Positions 11,801-26,359 of a DNA stretch of 64,000 nucleotides are shown piece after piece. The notes beneath the pieces are model-generated. The model did no database searches, had not been told where the DNA came from, and saw only the letters and a program-made list of their open reading frames with translations. Every line of letters begins with the position of its first letter. The first letter of the stretch is position 1. This DNA comes from Vermamoeba vermiformis (Eukaryota): the NCBI GenBank assembly GCA_045837725.1, contig JBEWZL010000301.1, positions 1 to 64,000 on the forward strand. Direction: 5' to 3'. A program made the position numbers and the translations under genes.

Positions 11801-12357
11801 GCGGCATCTAAGCTGGCGTCGATGAAGCTAGCACGAGGAACGAAGCTAACATCCAAGAGAGAGTAATCCTCGACCGAAGTACGTACAGCGGGACTGACTC
11901 CTGAATTTTGAGAAAATTAGTAACGGTCGGTTATTTTTCTTGGATGCCGAAATTCAATATTGGCATAACAATCCTTCACTTATTTGAATGTGAGTTACTT
12001 GCCTACATTAACGTCGTAGATGCTTAATCCAAAAGTGGAGATGAGAAGTCGGTTGCTAGCTGCATCCAATGAATAGGTAACGCCGGTATCGCTTTCGGGA
12101 CTGATATTAGATTGAATTGGGGTAGCTGTTTGATTGTTTTGAACAGCAGTCAAATTAACCGAATACAGCACCAGAGGATTCACCACGGCGTAAACGGTGT
12201 CACCAGATCGCAGAGAGGCGATGATTTCGTTTGATGTGTCCAAGTTTACTATTTGAACCTTGTTGACTAATTCCATAGCCGATGATGTTTGTGCAACCGA
12301 GCAAGATGCCAGCAAGGCGATGGTTACAGCAACCAAGATCCACCGAAGAAAGCTCAT
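8886..12357 (-). CDS. Large membrane protein: signal peptide, beta-rich ectodomain, EGF-like repeats, PSI-like domain and multi-TM TRP-like (PF06011-type) domain
   Basis: Signal MSFLRWILVAV. EGF repeats such as CPNHCSNKGVCSYSKCTCETGWIGADC. PSI-like CLGRRYDCGWCFDTNSC. LFDQLQFIAMYSLINVAYP..FNWS followed by many TM helices and an acidic Ser-rich tail. Confidence 0.8.
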
Positions 12358-13489
12358 TATTATTTGGTTTCCTTCAGTTGCGCTTTACCGCGTGGTCTTG
12401 TGTAGTTCAGTTAGAATTCAAAATGGTGCAACAGCGCGTTCAGTTTTTAGGGTTGAAAGATTATTGGCATTGGAACTGAGATTGCCGAGATACTGAACCT
12501 GCCAATAATCTAATTTAGGAAATTTTATTGTTTGATAAACAAACCAAACTGAGTGAAAATCATACGTACTTTGTGGATCTGTGATGATTTATCAACTCAA
12601 TCTCCTCCCGGAGTTGGTACACCAACATTAAATCCGCGTTGGTCTTGAGATCTTGCTCGTTTGAATTTTTTTAATTGTTGGGAGCTATCTAATGCGAGGA
12701 TTCCAACGGGTATGTGCTTCAGTCCCTCCAGGAAGCTTAGGAAAAATAATTAGTGGCTGTTTCAGCAGTTTATATAAAGGCAGTATTTTTAAAGGTTGCC
12801 TGTCTAATTAAACTCTTGTGTACATACGCAACATACATATCGGTCGGGAAGCGATGGCTAAGACACAGCGCGTGCCAGAATAAATTATGAAGTACACCCG
12901 GTGAATTTCGTTGCATTTACGCAATTTAGACACTGATGATAAATAAATTAATTCCGATTGCAGTACATATTAGGTATAACCAGTTGACTTGCAAAATGCT
13001 CGAGCATGACATTTGTCAAGCAAAATTGTTTTACGGTGGGCCAACAAAAGCCCCTGTAATAACAACTCGACGATAATACACAGTATATATTACAAATTAA
13101 TTACTAAGTATTGGAACGCGCAATTGTATGTACAGTGTGTTTGAATTTGTAGTTTTGAAGATGTTAAAACTCGATCGAATCGGTGCAACATTGGTTTTAA
13201 AAACAAGATTACTTACTTCAAAACAATTATCGAATTTTTGCAGCGAGGTTTGTAATTTTTTAATAGCTATTTGAATAAACTGATACTTTAGAAAGTTGGT
13301 GACTCGATGACTTCGAAGCTGCCACGTTAAATGACTGCATTATTGCTGGTGTTATTTTATTTTGTATGGCTCTTGTTGCTGTTGCACTGCGATAATAAAC
13401 CAGCGAACTGCGCAATTTTCGTGCGTGGAGCATTGGACGTCAGCAGATCTTTTTTCAGCACTGTAGAACAAAGACCGCAACCAACCACA

Positions 13490-14661
13490 ATGGCTGAAGA
13501 AGCTGCGAGTTCGAATTCTGCGGCGACTACAGAGCCGAAAGAGGAACAAAAGAGTAGCGGATGGTGGGGTGGCTTTCTTGATACCGTGAAGAAAAAGGTA
13601 TGGACCATTGAAATGTCTTAAATCAAATACCAAAGTATATCAGAAGCAACGGTTCTAATCTGCAAAATTACATGAGCTCCGTTTATTACAAATTTTCGAT
13701 TTTTTAGGAACGCAATGCTGATAATGAAATTATTTGTAATAATTATATAAATAGTCCGAGGTAATATTGAATGCATATAAAGAAGACTTGACGGAGTTTG
13801 CCACATCTATTAAATCTGACGCCCAAAAAGTCGTCGACTCTGGCTTGACCACGACCATTTCAACTCAAATTAACAAAATTACGGAGACAATATCAACGTT
13901 AATTACAGACGAAAAGAAGCCAGGAGGCAATGACAAGTACGTGCACGCAATTTTTGTTTTTAGTGCTTATTCGTCTGCAGGAGCAACGAGAATTATATGA
14001 CGAAGCTAGAAACGCTTCAAACAAGCACCGAGACATTTACTATGAAGCCAGAAGACGTCGCATTTTTCCAATGGACTGAAACTTTCGACGTAGAAGCAAA
14101 GAGCGAGGAAATCTCAAAAATATTGGCCAATAATTCACAAATAGCCGAAATGTATCACCAAATGGTGCCTTCAGTATTATCAATGAAAGAGTTCTGGGGT
14201 CGGTACTTCTACAAATTAGAAAAAATCAATCAAGAAGAAACTCGACGTGCAGCCCTTGTTAAGAGTAAGTACTCGTGTAGTAAACACGCGCACTTCGGAT
14301 ATTAATAGTGCCACGAATGTAGAAGCTGAGGAGCTGCAGCAGAAAAAAGAAGACGAGCTTGCGTTGGGCTGGGGTGACGATGACGATAGCGAGACACCTG
14401 CTAGCGATAATACAGTTCCCGAGAGTACTGACACGCGTGAAACAGTGTCTAAAGATGAGACCGCAGGCGAAGAGGGTACTAAGGACACAGCAGCTGAAAA
14501 CAAACCCACTGAAAGTTCAGGTACGTTCGGCTTCGGTAGCAGTATGGCATGGTATTAACAACCTTGTAGCACCCGCAGATAAAGAAGAGAAGATTATTCC
14601 CGATGACGAGGGTGAGAAGCAGAGTGAAGGGGGAGACGACGACATCTTCAGCTGGAGCTAA
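13490..14661 (+). CDS. BSD-domain protein (BSDC1/DOS2-like)
   Basis: SGWWGGFLDTVKKK N-terminus, MVPSVLSMKEFWGRYFY BSD motif, acidic tail ending DDDIFSWS. Confidence 0.88.
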
Positions 14662-14739
14662 AAGTAGGACACGCATTCGAATGTAATTATTGTTGATAAA
14701 TCTTTGTTAATAGTTTATTTACATCAAGGGGGGGGTGTA

Positions 14740-15776
<1,037 letters not shown>

Positions 15777-15956
15777 CTGCCCTTTTTTGGGTTAATACGG
15801 AGATGAATCTAATCTAATCGTTAATAATGAATAAGATTGATTAAAATATTTGCTATGGAGCTCCGTGTATCACGGTGCACAAAAGAAGTAACAAGAGATT
15901 TTTTGCAACGTTCCTAAAAGTTTAAACACCGCATCCCAGCACAACAATCAACAACA

Positions 15957-17557
15957 ATGGGGTTATTACGAGCTTTAATATTATTTTTGCCTATTCATTT
16001 GACGATTTTATTTTTGAACATCTTCCAAGTGCTTTCTCTGCTTTTACTACCTTTCTCGAAGTCACTTTACTTCAAGTTCAATGGATTTGTTGGGGCCACG
16101 ATGTGGATTATGTATTTGGATATATTAGAACGAAGAAATAAGATCAAAGTCGTTTTCTCTGGTATGTAGATCGCGTGCGTTTTTTTTTTATCAACAGATC
16201 CACGTTATTTATAATATGGGCAATCCAGCTGGATTTGCATGCTATTATTAAATTACTGCTATTTTAATGTGCTTATTTTTCGATTTTTACAAGCCTATTG
16301 AATGGCGGATTAGCAATTACGTCAAATTACTTCCAATTTTCCCAAGCATATTCTTTGATCTAAACTGTCGCATTAATATGATTAGTGTCATTTAATAATG
16401 CTCCTCTTATTTTCAAGGTGATAAGTTCAAGCAAGAGAATGCATTCGTCATCTCCAACCATCAATCATATACCGACTTTGTCACCATTGGTTGCTTGGCC
16501 TGCCGCGTTGGATTGGACGGCAATGTGAGATACTTCGTGAAAGACTCACTCAAGTACATTCCTGGCATGGGTAAGCAGATATTCGTCGATTTTGAGACCA
16601 TTTATTACGTACCAGATCCGAAACGCAACCAAATTGATCGTCGTCTTGCTCAAATAATTAAATTAGTATGGAGCACTTTGTTAATAATTTGTCACATTTT
16701 ATTACTCGCTCTGCACCGAGATCCAGATATCATAACTTCCATTTCTTTTGCAGCATCTAGATTTTAAGAATTAATTGACTTTTATTAGGTTGGGGCATCT
16801 ATTTTATGCGCAACGTTCGCTTAAAGCGAAACTGGATGCGAGATCAAAAGAGGATCAACGCCACCTTCGCGGACATGCACCAGTTGATTGACACTGGCAT
16901 TCCTGTATGGCTCGGCGTGTATCCTGAAGGAACTCGTATCACCAAGCACAAGCTCGAAGAGTCACGCAAGTTTGCTGCTGAAAGAAACTTGCCCGTGTTG
17001 GACAAAGTTATCATCCCCCGAACCAAGGTAAGGGCGCAACAATTAATTAACAGATTAAACGATTAAAATAATGATTTCGATAATAATATGAGCTAGTGTA
17101 ATAATAGCGCACGATGCAGCGTGATATTGATATTAACTTCAAAAATAACGTTTGTGTTGTTCATTAGGGATTTGTCGCTATGATCCAAGCTTTACGTGGC
17201 AAGATTAAGTACCTATATGACTTAACTATTGATTACGGTGCCGAGGGTAACTTGCCCATTATCGATATGCTGGGTAAAGAGCACCCCGGGCGTATCTTGC
17301 GCATTCACGTTCGTCGCATTGACGTGTCCGCTTTACCCGAGGATGAAGCAGGTCTGAGCCAATGGTTGTACAAGGCATTCGAAGAGAAAGATCGACTCAT
17401 GAAGCGCGTGCACACTAAGGGTTCATTCGTGGACGATAAGAGCAACGAATGGAGCTCCCCACCTCCCTACAACACCACCAAGATCTATTTCTGGCAGACC
17501 GTTGGTATTGTGTTTTGGTCTGTCGTAGCCTACTACGTGAAGACTTGGTTGTTCTAA
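15957..17557 (+). CDS. 1-acylglycerol-3-phosphate/lysophospholipid acyltransferase (AGPAT3/4/5-like)
   Basis: NHQSYTD (HX4D), YFVKDSLKYIP, YPEGTR, IIPRTKG and YLYDLTIDY motifs. Confidence 0.93.
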
Positions 17558-17967
17558 ACAATATAGAGGCTCGGTATGTGAGTACAAGCCTTTACTACTT
17601 GGCCGCTTTTATCTAGACTTTTGATTAAAGTTCGTTTGTAAGGTACCTTCGAATAAATAATACGACGCGAATCAAACCGTAGAAGTCAGCTATAACATTC
17701 TATCTACAAGTAGCAGCAGGGTCGTGACAGCAGAGTGCGGTTGATCCAAGCAGGAGATCTAACGTTAATTTTTAAATTTAAATTGACGTTTCTTGATGTT
17801 GGTCAATGTGATTTGATAGTCAACTATCAACGAAAAGTTTATTTCATATTGCAATTAATAATACAACTCGTAACTGGTTCTCTCTAATATACAAACTCTT
17901 TGCGCGGGAGGGTAACTCCGCCAATTACGATTATTTACATTATTTGTAGAAATTTCTTTGTGTGCGC

Positions 17968-18717
17968 TTATTTTTTCTTCTCGGTGACACCCGCACCCGC
18001 GTCAAAATAGCCCTTGATCTGAGAGGCAAAAAATCCAGGTTCAATACCAGCTCTACCGCTTTGTACTAGGGATAGAGCTTGTTGATATGTCATATTCTTC
18101 TTATACATTAAATAGGCAATTGTTAATGCCGGACTTCGTGATTGACCGGCCCAGCAGTGGATTAGTACACCTAAAAAAGGGATCAAGATCAGCATAAATT
18201 GATTTGATCTGAGAAATACGGAACAGTACTAAAAACGATATGGACACTAATTAATGACGGAACAAAAGATAAGTAAAGTCAAAAAGTGACGAAAACGGCT
18301 GACGATCGAGACCGACAAAGAAATATTGATTACTTATGTTGTCCGAAGCATGTTATTATAAGAATCAGTATGAACAATTGCACAGATATTATAACGTCAA
18401 TAAAAATAGGCTTGATTCTCAATTTTCTTATTTTAGAACGTACCTTTTTTCAGCCCTTTATCGATAAATTTGAAAGCCTTTTTGAAATGCTGGACCAGGT
18501 CGCAACTGGGCATATCGTCAATTTCTATCCACAGGTGTTTAAATTCTTTTTTGAGTGTTCCGAGTTTCAGTGAGTTGAATTCGGATGAGGTGAGCAATGT
18601 CACTACCGTTCCAATGCAGTCTTTTAATTCGTTTTTGTGATCTAATAATGCTTCAACTGCGCCGAGATAAATTCCATCGGTTATCTTATCGTAGTCGTTA
18701 ATTGTTCGAGTAGCCAT
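17968..18717 (-). CDS. Dual-specificity protein phosphatase (atypical DUSP), two exons
   Basis: KITDGIYLG, IEIDD and catalytic VLIHCWAGQSRS (HCX5R). Confidence 0.93.
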
Positions 18718-19671
18718 CTGCTAAATCCAATTAGAAATCTGTTTTTGATGCTAGTTTTAACTCTAATATGGTGCTCACTCGTCCAAATGTCATAATACGG
18801 TGATAATTTTATTCCGATCGGACCTTATTTTTCCCGCTTAGCGAGAGATAATCGGGAGATAGAACGTAACTTGTGTAACGAAAACTTGACGGAAAAGACA
18901 TTTGGTTGAGTATGAGCTTCATTTATATATGTTATAAATGCAAGTTGACCTGAATCAATTTACGAGCGGAGATAAATTACCGGATTTTGTTGTAATTTAC
19001 CACAAAATCCTTTTATCTTCCTGCTCCTCGGAATAAATGATTATTTTGACCAAATATATTATTATTAAGCTACGATCTGCGGCGGATATAGCCGGAAGTT
19101 CGCAATTAACGTTTTGTCTCTAATGAAGCAGAATTGTCTTACCTTCAACCAAATTCGCTGGGTTTGCAATTGTTTCGAGTTATTGTCATAGTTTTCAAAA
19201 CGAAGGTAAATTAATTTGCCAGAGAAGTACACGTCGAACTCGCGCAGCGAAATATTTCCACGTGCCGCACGACAATCTCGCGCAATCTCCCCTAAATAAG
19301 GAGCTCGAGTTTTTTAATAATGGCTCTGGCACGCGTGCAACTCTCTCGACTTTTTTGTTTTTTTTTTTTTTTGCTGCTTGGGTGACACCGAATGGGGGAA
19401 AGGACGTAAGCTTCATTCTGCGCGGAATTAGTCATTGCTTCTATTCTTGCGTTACTTAATGCACCTCTAAATGGGAACATTCTTTCGGGCTTTGACTTAA
19501 ACTCTGCGTTCGTCATTTAACTGGTGCGCAATAACCAATGCGAAGCTTAGGAAAAGACCCACCAAGACAGACCTATTTTTGTGAACGAAGCGTGAGCGGT
19601 TCTGTTTCAAATTCCAATTCCTCTACCCTTATCATTAATGCTATGACGGTTATTACCACGGCGCACGTATC

Positions 19672-21537
19672 ATGAGTTGCCAGGAAAGCGTAAGCAATGT
19701 TTATGACTCCGCTTCTAATCTGATCGCTTTCGTGGCTTCCGCAATCGATTGCAAGTAATTCCTCACTAATATTTTTATTTAATTTTGTCATGAATAAAGT
19801 ATATTTTTTGAATAATATTCGTGTTAACGGAGCTTCAAACGGTAGCCCATAAACAGATCAATTGCAATTTCTTATGAAGAACCATCTGTTAGCGAAGATA
19901 TCGAAGAAAGAAAAGATCATTTGAGTGGCAGTGATGAAGAAGACGAAGAGGAATTCGAAGAAGACTTCGATCCAACATCGATCCCTGTCAATGAATCATT
20001 AGACACCGAACACAATCGAAATGTCGCCCAACGAAGTGGATTAACAAGAAAAACACGCGAGCACAGACCTAATTTTGAAATTACAACGTGGAACGATGGA
20101 TTGATTTACAATTACGCAGATGAAGACAACAATCCGCTTTGGGGAGAAGGAATTTATTATAGTTTAACACCACAGCTGGTAGATAATATAAAAAAAGCCA
20201 CGCAGGAGCTCCATCAATTATGCTTGAAGGCTGTCGGAATAATTGTAAATAACGAAAAGTACCTCCGACAGCTCTGCATCCCGAAGAACTTTTGGCCGCT
20301 AGTTCGAGCCTCTTGGGCACGTAAAGATTACCACATATATGGTCGCTTCGACTTGGGTATACCTTGCGATATCAATGAGCCGCCAAAGCTATTTGAATAC
20401 AATGCGGACACGCCAATAATGCTATTAGAGAGCACGAAGCTGCAACGTCAATGGGCAAAAGAAGCGTTTGGAGACGATGCGGAGCAGTTCAACGAGATCA
20501 AAGAGAACCTATTGAAAAGGTTACCAATATTGTGAGCTATGATCTCGGGTATGTACTGACCTTTTTTAACCAGGTGGATCGAGATCAAGCCAACTCTGTT
20601 GTCTCGCTTAGGCTGGTTTAGAAGTACGGCAAAAATACACTTCACTGCAGTTGATGATCAGGAGGATATGGCAACACTAAATATATTGCAACAGACAGCT
20701 TCTGAAGCAGGTACCGTAAATTCACTCGATTAAACCAACCCAATTAATCCACGACAGGATTCGATACAGCGCATATCGAAATAAAAGACATAGGATGGAG
20801 CGGGGATAGCTTCAAAGATCTTCAGAATCAGAAAATTGAACTTTTATTCAAGTTGTATCCGTGGGAGTGGCTTATCGACGAAAGTTTTAGCGATCATTTG
20901 GCTAAAGATAAAGTCATTGTTATGGTATGTAATGATGATGCAACTGTGATTAATCCAGTATTTTTAATAATTTGTAGGAACCGATTTGGAAGTTGATTCT
21001 TAGCAACAAGGCCCTGCTACCTATACTCTGGGAGTTGTTTCCTAACCATCCTAATTTGCTGCCTGCTTATTTCGAAGAGGAAGAGGCGAAGAAGCACCTG
21101 TCAGAGTGCGGTTACATTAAAAAACCAATATTCGGTAAGTAAGGTCTAGACACACCACTATTCGGACGTTTATTTATGTTTGATAGGGCGCCAAGGAGAT
21201 AACGTTACTATTTATAGGAACAACGAAATATTGTTAGAAACAAAAGGTTAGTTGTTGTCCAGATCGGTTTCGTGGATCGTTTAATGAGCAATTATGTTCA
21301 CCAGGAAAGTATGGAGTGGAAGGCTATGTGTACCAACAATTCATGGAAGTACCGTGCTTCGAGACGAACAAAGGGAAGTGGACCACTGTGGTTGGATCTT
21401 GGATGATTGGTGACGTGCCTTCTGGGCTCGTTGTGCGCGAGAGCAAATCGTTAATTACTACAGTATCGAGTGTCATTTGCTGTCACGTGATACAAGATGT
21501 TAGTGGTAGCGAGTTTGAAGATAAATCGAGTGCTTAG
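19672..21537 (+). CDS. Glutathionylspermidine-synthetase-like ATP-grasp ligase (YgiC/YjfC-like)
   Basis: [78 protein letters not shown] and VVGSW. The short first exon MSCQES is inferred. Confidence 0.92.
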
Positions 21538-21601
21538 ATTGTTGAACTAGCACGCGACTGTGGTAATACATGTGTTTATGTGGTAACATTATTATTACAG
21601 T

Positions 21602-22869
21602 TTACGAGTAGCCTCCACCATAATGACGATGTGAGGTGCCAAATCCATATCGACGAGTACGACGAGTGAAAATGATTCGTCGACCTCCGGTAGAGCTCGT
21701 GACACAGCTTGGCGCACAGCAGATCCAAATAACTATCCACACGAGTAGGGCACCGCCTGGCAGTAACGATCAACAAAGGCTCTGTAAATGGCTTTGAGAA
21801 TAATAGCTTACCGAATACGCAGCCAATAACAATGCCGGCAATTGCACCAGCAGACAAGGCACCGACAACGAAGAACAGATCGGCGTTTCTGCCGCAGTTT
21901 TGAGCTTCACCAATTCTGATGCGCGACTCGACGCCGTGGTATCCAGCATTGCTCGAATAGACGGAGTAGGTTGTAGTATCAAAATCAGAGGCGTTTACTT
22001 GCCACCAGGATCCGATCAGCTCATTATCGGACATCAATCGGACCATGTAGCCACCAGTAACTTGATTAGGCTCAAACCAATCGCCATGACAGAATTGCCC
22101 GTCCAAAAAGCATCGTCTGTGGCATTGGTTAGTATTGGATGCGGGTGCTAGAATTCCGGAGCGTAAATTGTTTATGCCACTTACCCAGAGACGTAGCCAC
22201 GGATTCCTCCTCCATATTCATAAGACACGGTCCACTGGCCATTTGAACCAATACATTGGTCCCAGTAGCCGGTGTCAGTATCCCATCTGCCGTCTAGAGT
22301 TGCTGTCAACGTGGTATTGGGACTCCAACATTGCGTGTCGAGTGGCCTAGCATAGCTGCTGCGAGTTCCACGCCACACGTCCCCTGACAGGCTCGTGTCC
22401 GCGAACAAATACGATCCTGTCAATTAAATCGTTAGAACCAAGAATACCACAATGGTGCTTTATTTTACCTGAAAATCTTGTAGTTGAAAGAAGATCAAAT
22501 TGGAAAGTGCCTCGGTTGGCAGTCAAAGCTCCACCCAAATCCGCAGCGTAAGATCCGGTCTGAAACCATTGACCAACGGCTGAAGTACCAGACACTGAAC
22601 CATGAACAAAACCAAATTCGGAGTAAACGCCCTTTAAAAGTGAATGTAATTAACTCGATCTCAATTTTAATAGCCGTTCCAAAATTAACCAAAAATTCGC
22701 TAAATTTAAATATTAGCAACCACGATCTTACGTTCATAGTACCATCAGGATCGACACAAATGAAGAAATTGCCGCCATAGTATGTTGTCCAAGTTCCATT
22801 AAAAAAAAGTTGCGCGTTGCTGAAAGCTATTAGCAACGAGGCTAAAATTAATAGCCTCATTGTGGTCAT
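21602..22869 (-). CDS. Type I membrane/surface protein with repeated Trp/Gly-rich beta modules, function unknown
   Basis: Signal peptide MRLLILASLLIAFSNA, repeated G.vSG...G.WF modules, TM segment LSAGAIAGIVIGCVFG and a short basic tail. Confidence 0.7.
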
Positions 22870-22993
22870 CGAGAGTAAATAACAAATTGGATTATACAAA
22901 CCAAATTGGAATTGCGCTTTTGTTGACAGATCGTCAAGTGTGAGCTGCCTGGACAGCCCTTTCGATTTTACTAATTTGCGATTATTGACCAAT

Positions 22994-24116
22994 TTATTTT
23001 CTAGAGCAAGGTTGGAACGAGTTAATAGAAACGCCTTGTTGAATAGCAATGCAGGCGTTAGGATAGGTTGAACCATTGCATCCACAAACTGGCGCGTACT
23101 CCTGAGAGCATGTCTGAGGCTGTAATACACATACACCTTGCGACGCTATTCACAATCGATTAATATTGGTAAGCGAGGGCCAATTAGAGAAGCACGATGA
23201 GTGAGGATCACTTACCATCGCTATTGCAAATTCCAGCGGACATCAAACACGTTGACCCGAGGTCACAATCTTCGTTCTTGGTGCAATAGCCGACTAAACA
23301 CAAAAATTATTTTCAAGTCTTGCCACTAACAAATTATTCGTCGACTTTTAAGATCTAATTAGGATCGACCAGGTTGCAGCACGTATGATTAGTTAACTAA
23401 CTTACTTTTGCAAGGTTGAATAAGCATTACTGAAGTACCATTCGCGGCGGCTTGGCACTCATTCATGTAGTTCTTGTCGTTACAACCACAAACAACTCCG
23501 ACTTCTACGGGGCAACGCTCAGGTATTCCTCTGCAAGCTCCGTAGCTATTGCAGTTATCCTAAGGTAGATTGAGACTTTAGATGACGGTTGAAACAACAA
23601 AGATTACGCTAGAGCAGTCATACTTACCTCGTATTCACAGAAGCGGGTCCCGGCTTTACCTCCGCAATCGCTGTTGGATTTGCAATGGTTGTCTGTGATT
23701 AGAAAGGTATTATTAGTTCTCAGATAGTCACTTTTCAGTATTAAGAATCCGAGTTACCCTGTAAGCAGTTGCCTTGGTACAATACCGATACATTATATTT
23801 TGCGGCTTCACATTCCGAATTGTAATTCTTCCCATCGCAACCACATACTAAAAATTATTTAGTAGGGAATATATAATACAGGGTATGGCCTAAATAATTA
23901 ATTTAATTATTGAATTAATTTTCTACCTCCGTTGCCTTCGAAGCAGTTTACAGTAATTAGAGAGCAATAGCCATAGGGTCCGTTGCACATTCCTGTATAC
24001 ATTTTGCAAAACGAGGGTCCGCTACAGTCTTCGTTGGATTTGCAACGCTCACCCCAAGCCCAAGCAGGGACGAAAGATATTCCCAACAATAGGAAAATTA
24101 CAGGTAACCCCTTCAT
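22994..24116 (-). CDS. Secreted protein with three Kazal-type domains
   Basis: Signal peptide, then VCGCDGKNYNSECEA, VCGCNDKNYMNECQA and VCGCNGSTYPNACIA in successive exons. Confidence 0.88.
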
Positions 24117-24424
24117 CAGCACAATGGTAGTTGCTTCGTCATATACAAGAAAAAGGGACGAGCGTTTTTTAGCTGCGCATTAATTTTTGTCCGTTACAAC
24201 AATTAATAGTTAAAAATGGTAGAAACACAAGTAAAATTTGGCAAGTGGCAAGCAGTAGGAACTATCCCGCTCGCGAATGATTTGATCGCCCAAGGAAGAA
24301 AGTTCTTTGGGGTTTTTTTTTTCTTTGGGTTTCAGAAGGAAATGTGAACTGGGATTGTGATTCAATTGTCCCTCGCGAGAAAAGTTTGTTCTTTTTATGT
24401 AACTACATAAACAAAACACCACAG

Positions 24425-26151
24425 ATGGCCGATAATAGTTTTCCCAATTATACGGAACAGAAATACGTGGCCTCGATGCTCTTAGGTACGAGCCTACTCC
24501 TGATCCAAATGAAATTAATTTTTAATATTACGCAGCTGCCGTAGGCGATGCTCTAGGCTATAAAAACGGGGATTGGGAGTTCTGCACAAGTGGTAATAAT
24601 AGTTTTCATAATTTTTAAAAATATTCTAAATGAGTTTTCTCGATCAGGATCTGTTATGCACGCGGAAGCTGAATCTTACGGTGGAATTAATGCCATTAAA
24701 ATTAACAAATATGATTGGATGGTCAGCGATGACACGGTCATGCATATTGCAACAGCGAAGGCGCTCCTTGGCTGGGAAACTACGGTAGATTTGCTAAACT
24801 TGACATTTTCCGCTTGCTTGCTCTTAATTATAAAATCAACTCTACTATAGGACAAGAAAGATCTCTACGATTTATTATGCGACGAATACGTCGAGTGCTG
24901 GAAAGACATGGACGGTCGTGCGGCTGGTGTTCAATGTGGTGAAGCGATGCCGTACTTGGAACAAGGTAATCTCAATGGGATACCCTTACAATATTATATT
25001 ATCGAGCCGCAGCTTTTTGGCTTAGCTGTTAAGAATTGAACGAGACCCGTGACATGTCCCCATAAAATTTTATTAACTTTAATTTTATTAACAAGGTGAA
25101 TGGGGCTTAGTTCCTTATTCGAACCGTGCTGGTGGATGCGGTGCCAGTAAGTAATTATGATTAATTTGAAAATCTCGCCGCGGATAACTTACTGGCAATT
25201 CGAACAGCGATGAGAGCCATGTGCATTGGCTTGTTCTACTACAAACCCGAACAATTAGACGATTTGATCGCTGTGTCAGTCGAGTCAGGTCGCATGACGC
25301 ATAATCATCCGACCGGATTTTTAGGGGCTGTAGCGGCTGCCGTATTCACTAGTTACGCCGTACAAGGCAAGCCAGTCGATGACTGGGGCAGGTTGCTCGT
25401 GACTGAAGTGTTGCCCAAGACGTACGCGTACTTGAAAGCTTCTGAACGAGATTACGAGGCCTACACACGTGACGAGAAAGTCTTTAAGTATTTTGAAAAT
25501 AACTGGTACGTACGTTTTTTTTACAGTTGTGGCCCTTTGACACGTGTCAAATAATCATTCCCGACAAATTACTCGGATTGGGGCCTGTGACACCTGTCAT
25601 CTGTCTATGAACACACTGATTGAGCTTTATTTTGTAGGCAGACTTATCTCGCTCTGCGCGGCATTGCAGAACCAGGCCACGGTCCAGCTAAGTTCCCCGA
25701 GCAGTACGGCGTCAAAGAGCGAGATCGCTACTACAAGAGCATTTCGTTCTCGGGCATGGGTGGCAGTTCAGGCCACGACAGCGTGATCATTGCCTACGAC
25801 GCGTTGTTGGGCAGTGGCGACGATTGGACTGAATTTCTGCGGCGAGGAGGTACGATTTAGCCGTTAATACTGTTGCGCACGAATATTAAGCAATACTTTT
25901 ATGTCAGCGTTGCACGGCGGTGATTCGGACTCGACCGGATCCATCGGTGCTGCGTGGTGGGGAGTACTCTATGGCCTACAGTAAGCAATACTAGTATTTT
26001 TTCGTGATATAAGTGCTCCGCATTATTTACGTATTTTTCTAGCAACGTGCCGTACAATCACTACCAAAACGTAGAGAAACGAAATATTGTTGAAAGGTTG
26101 GGAAAGCAGCTGTTTGCGAGGACGAATACGGGAGAAATAAATTGTACATAG
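24425..26151 (+). CDS. ADPRH: ADP-ribosylarginine hydrolase (ARH1-like)
   Basis: [59 protein letters not shown]-like segment and [10 protein letters not shown]. Confidence 0.92.
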
Positions 26152-26359
26152 TAAGTCATTCCCAATTATACGGACCTCAAACGCTTTCTATTGAAAAATT
26201 CGTTGCTGGATACATATAAGGAGCATTCTCAAACTCTGTAATTAGGCATACTATTTAAAAATAATTGTGGGCCTTTCCCAGCAGTTCACGCTTGTGATTT
26301 TTTGCCATAATTGTTTATTTAGTTTTTAATATTTTTGATTCAAGTACCGCACAACCACC

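Noticed and set aside
22495-23136. 213-aa minus-strand ORF as a single gene
   Set aside because: It is a chance read-through of an off-frame Kazal exon, intergenic DNA, the next gene's first exon and an intron.
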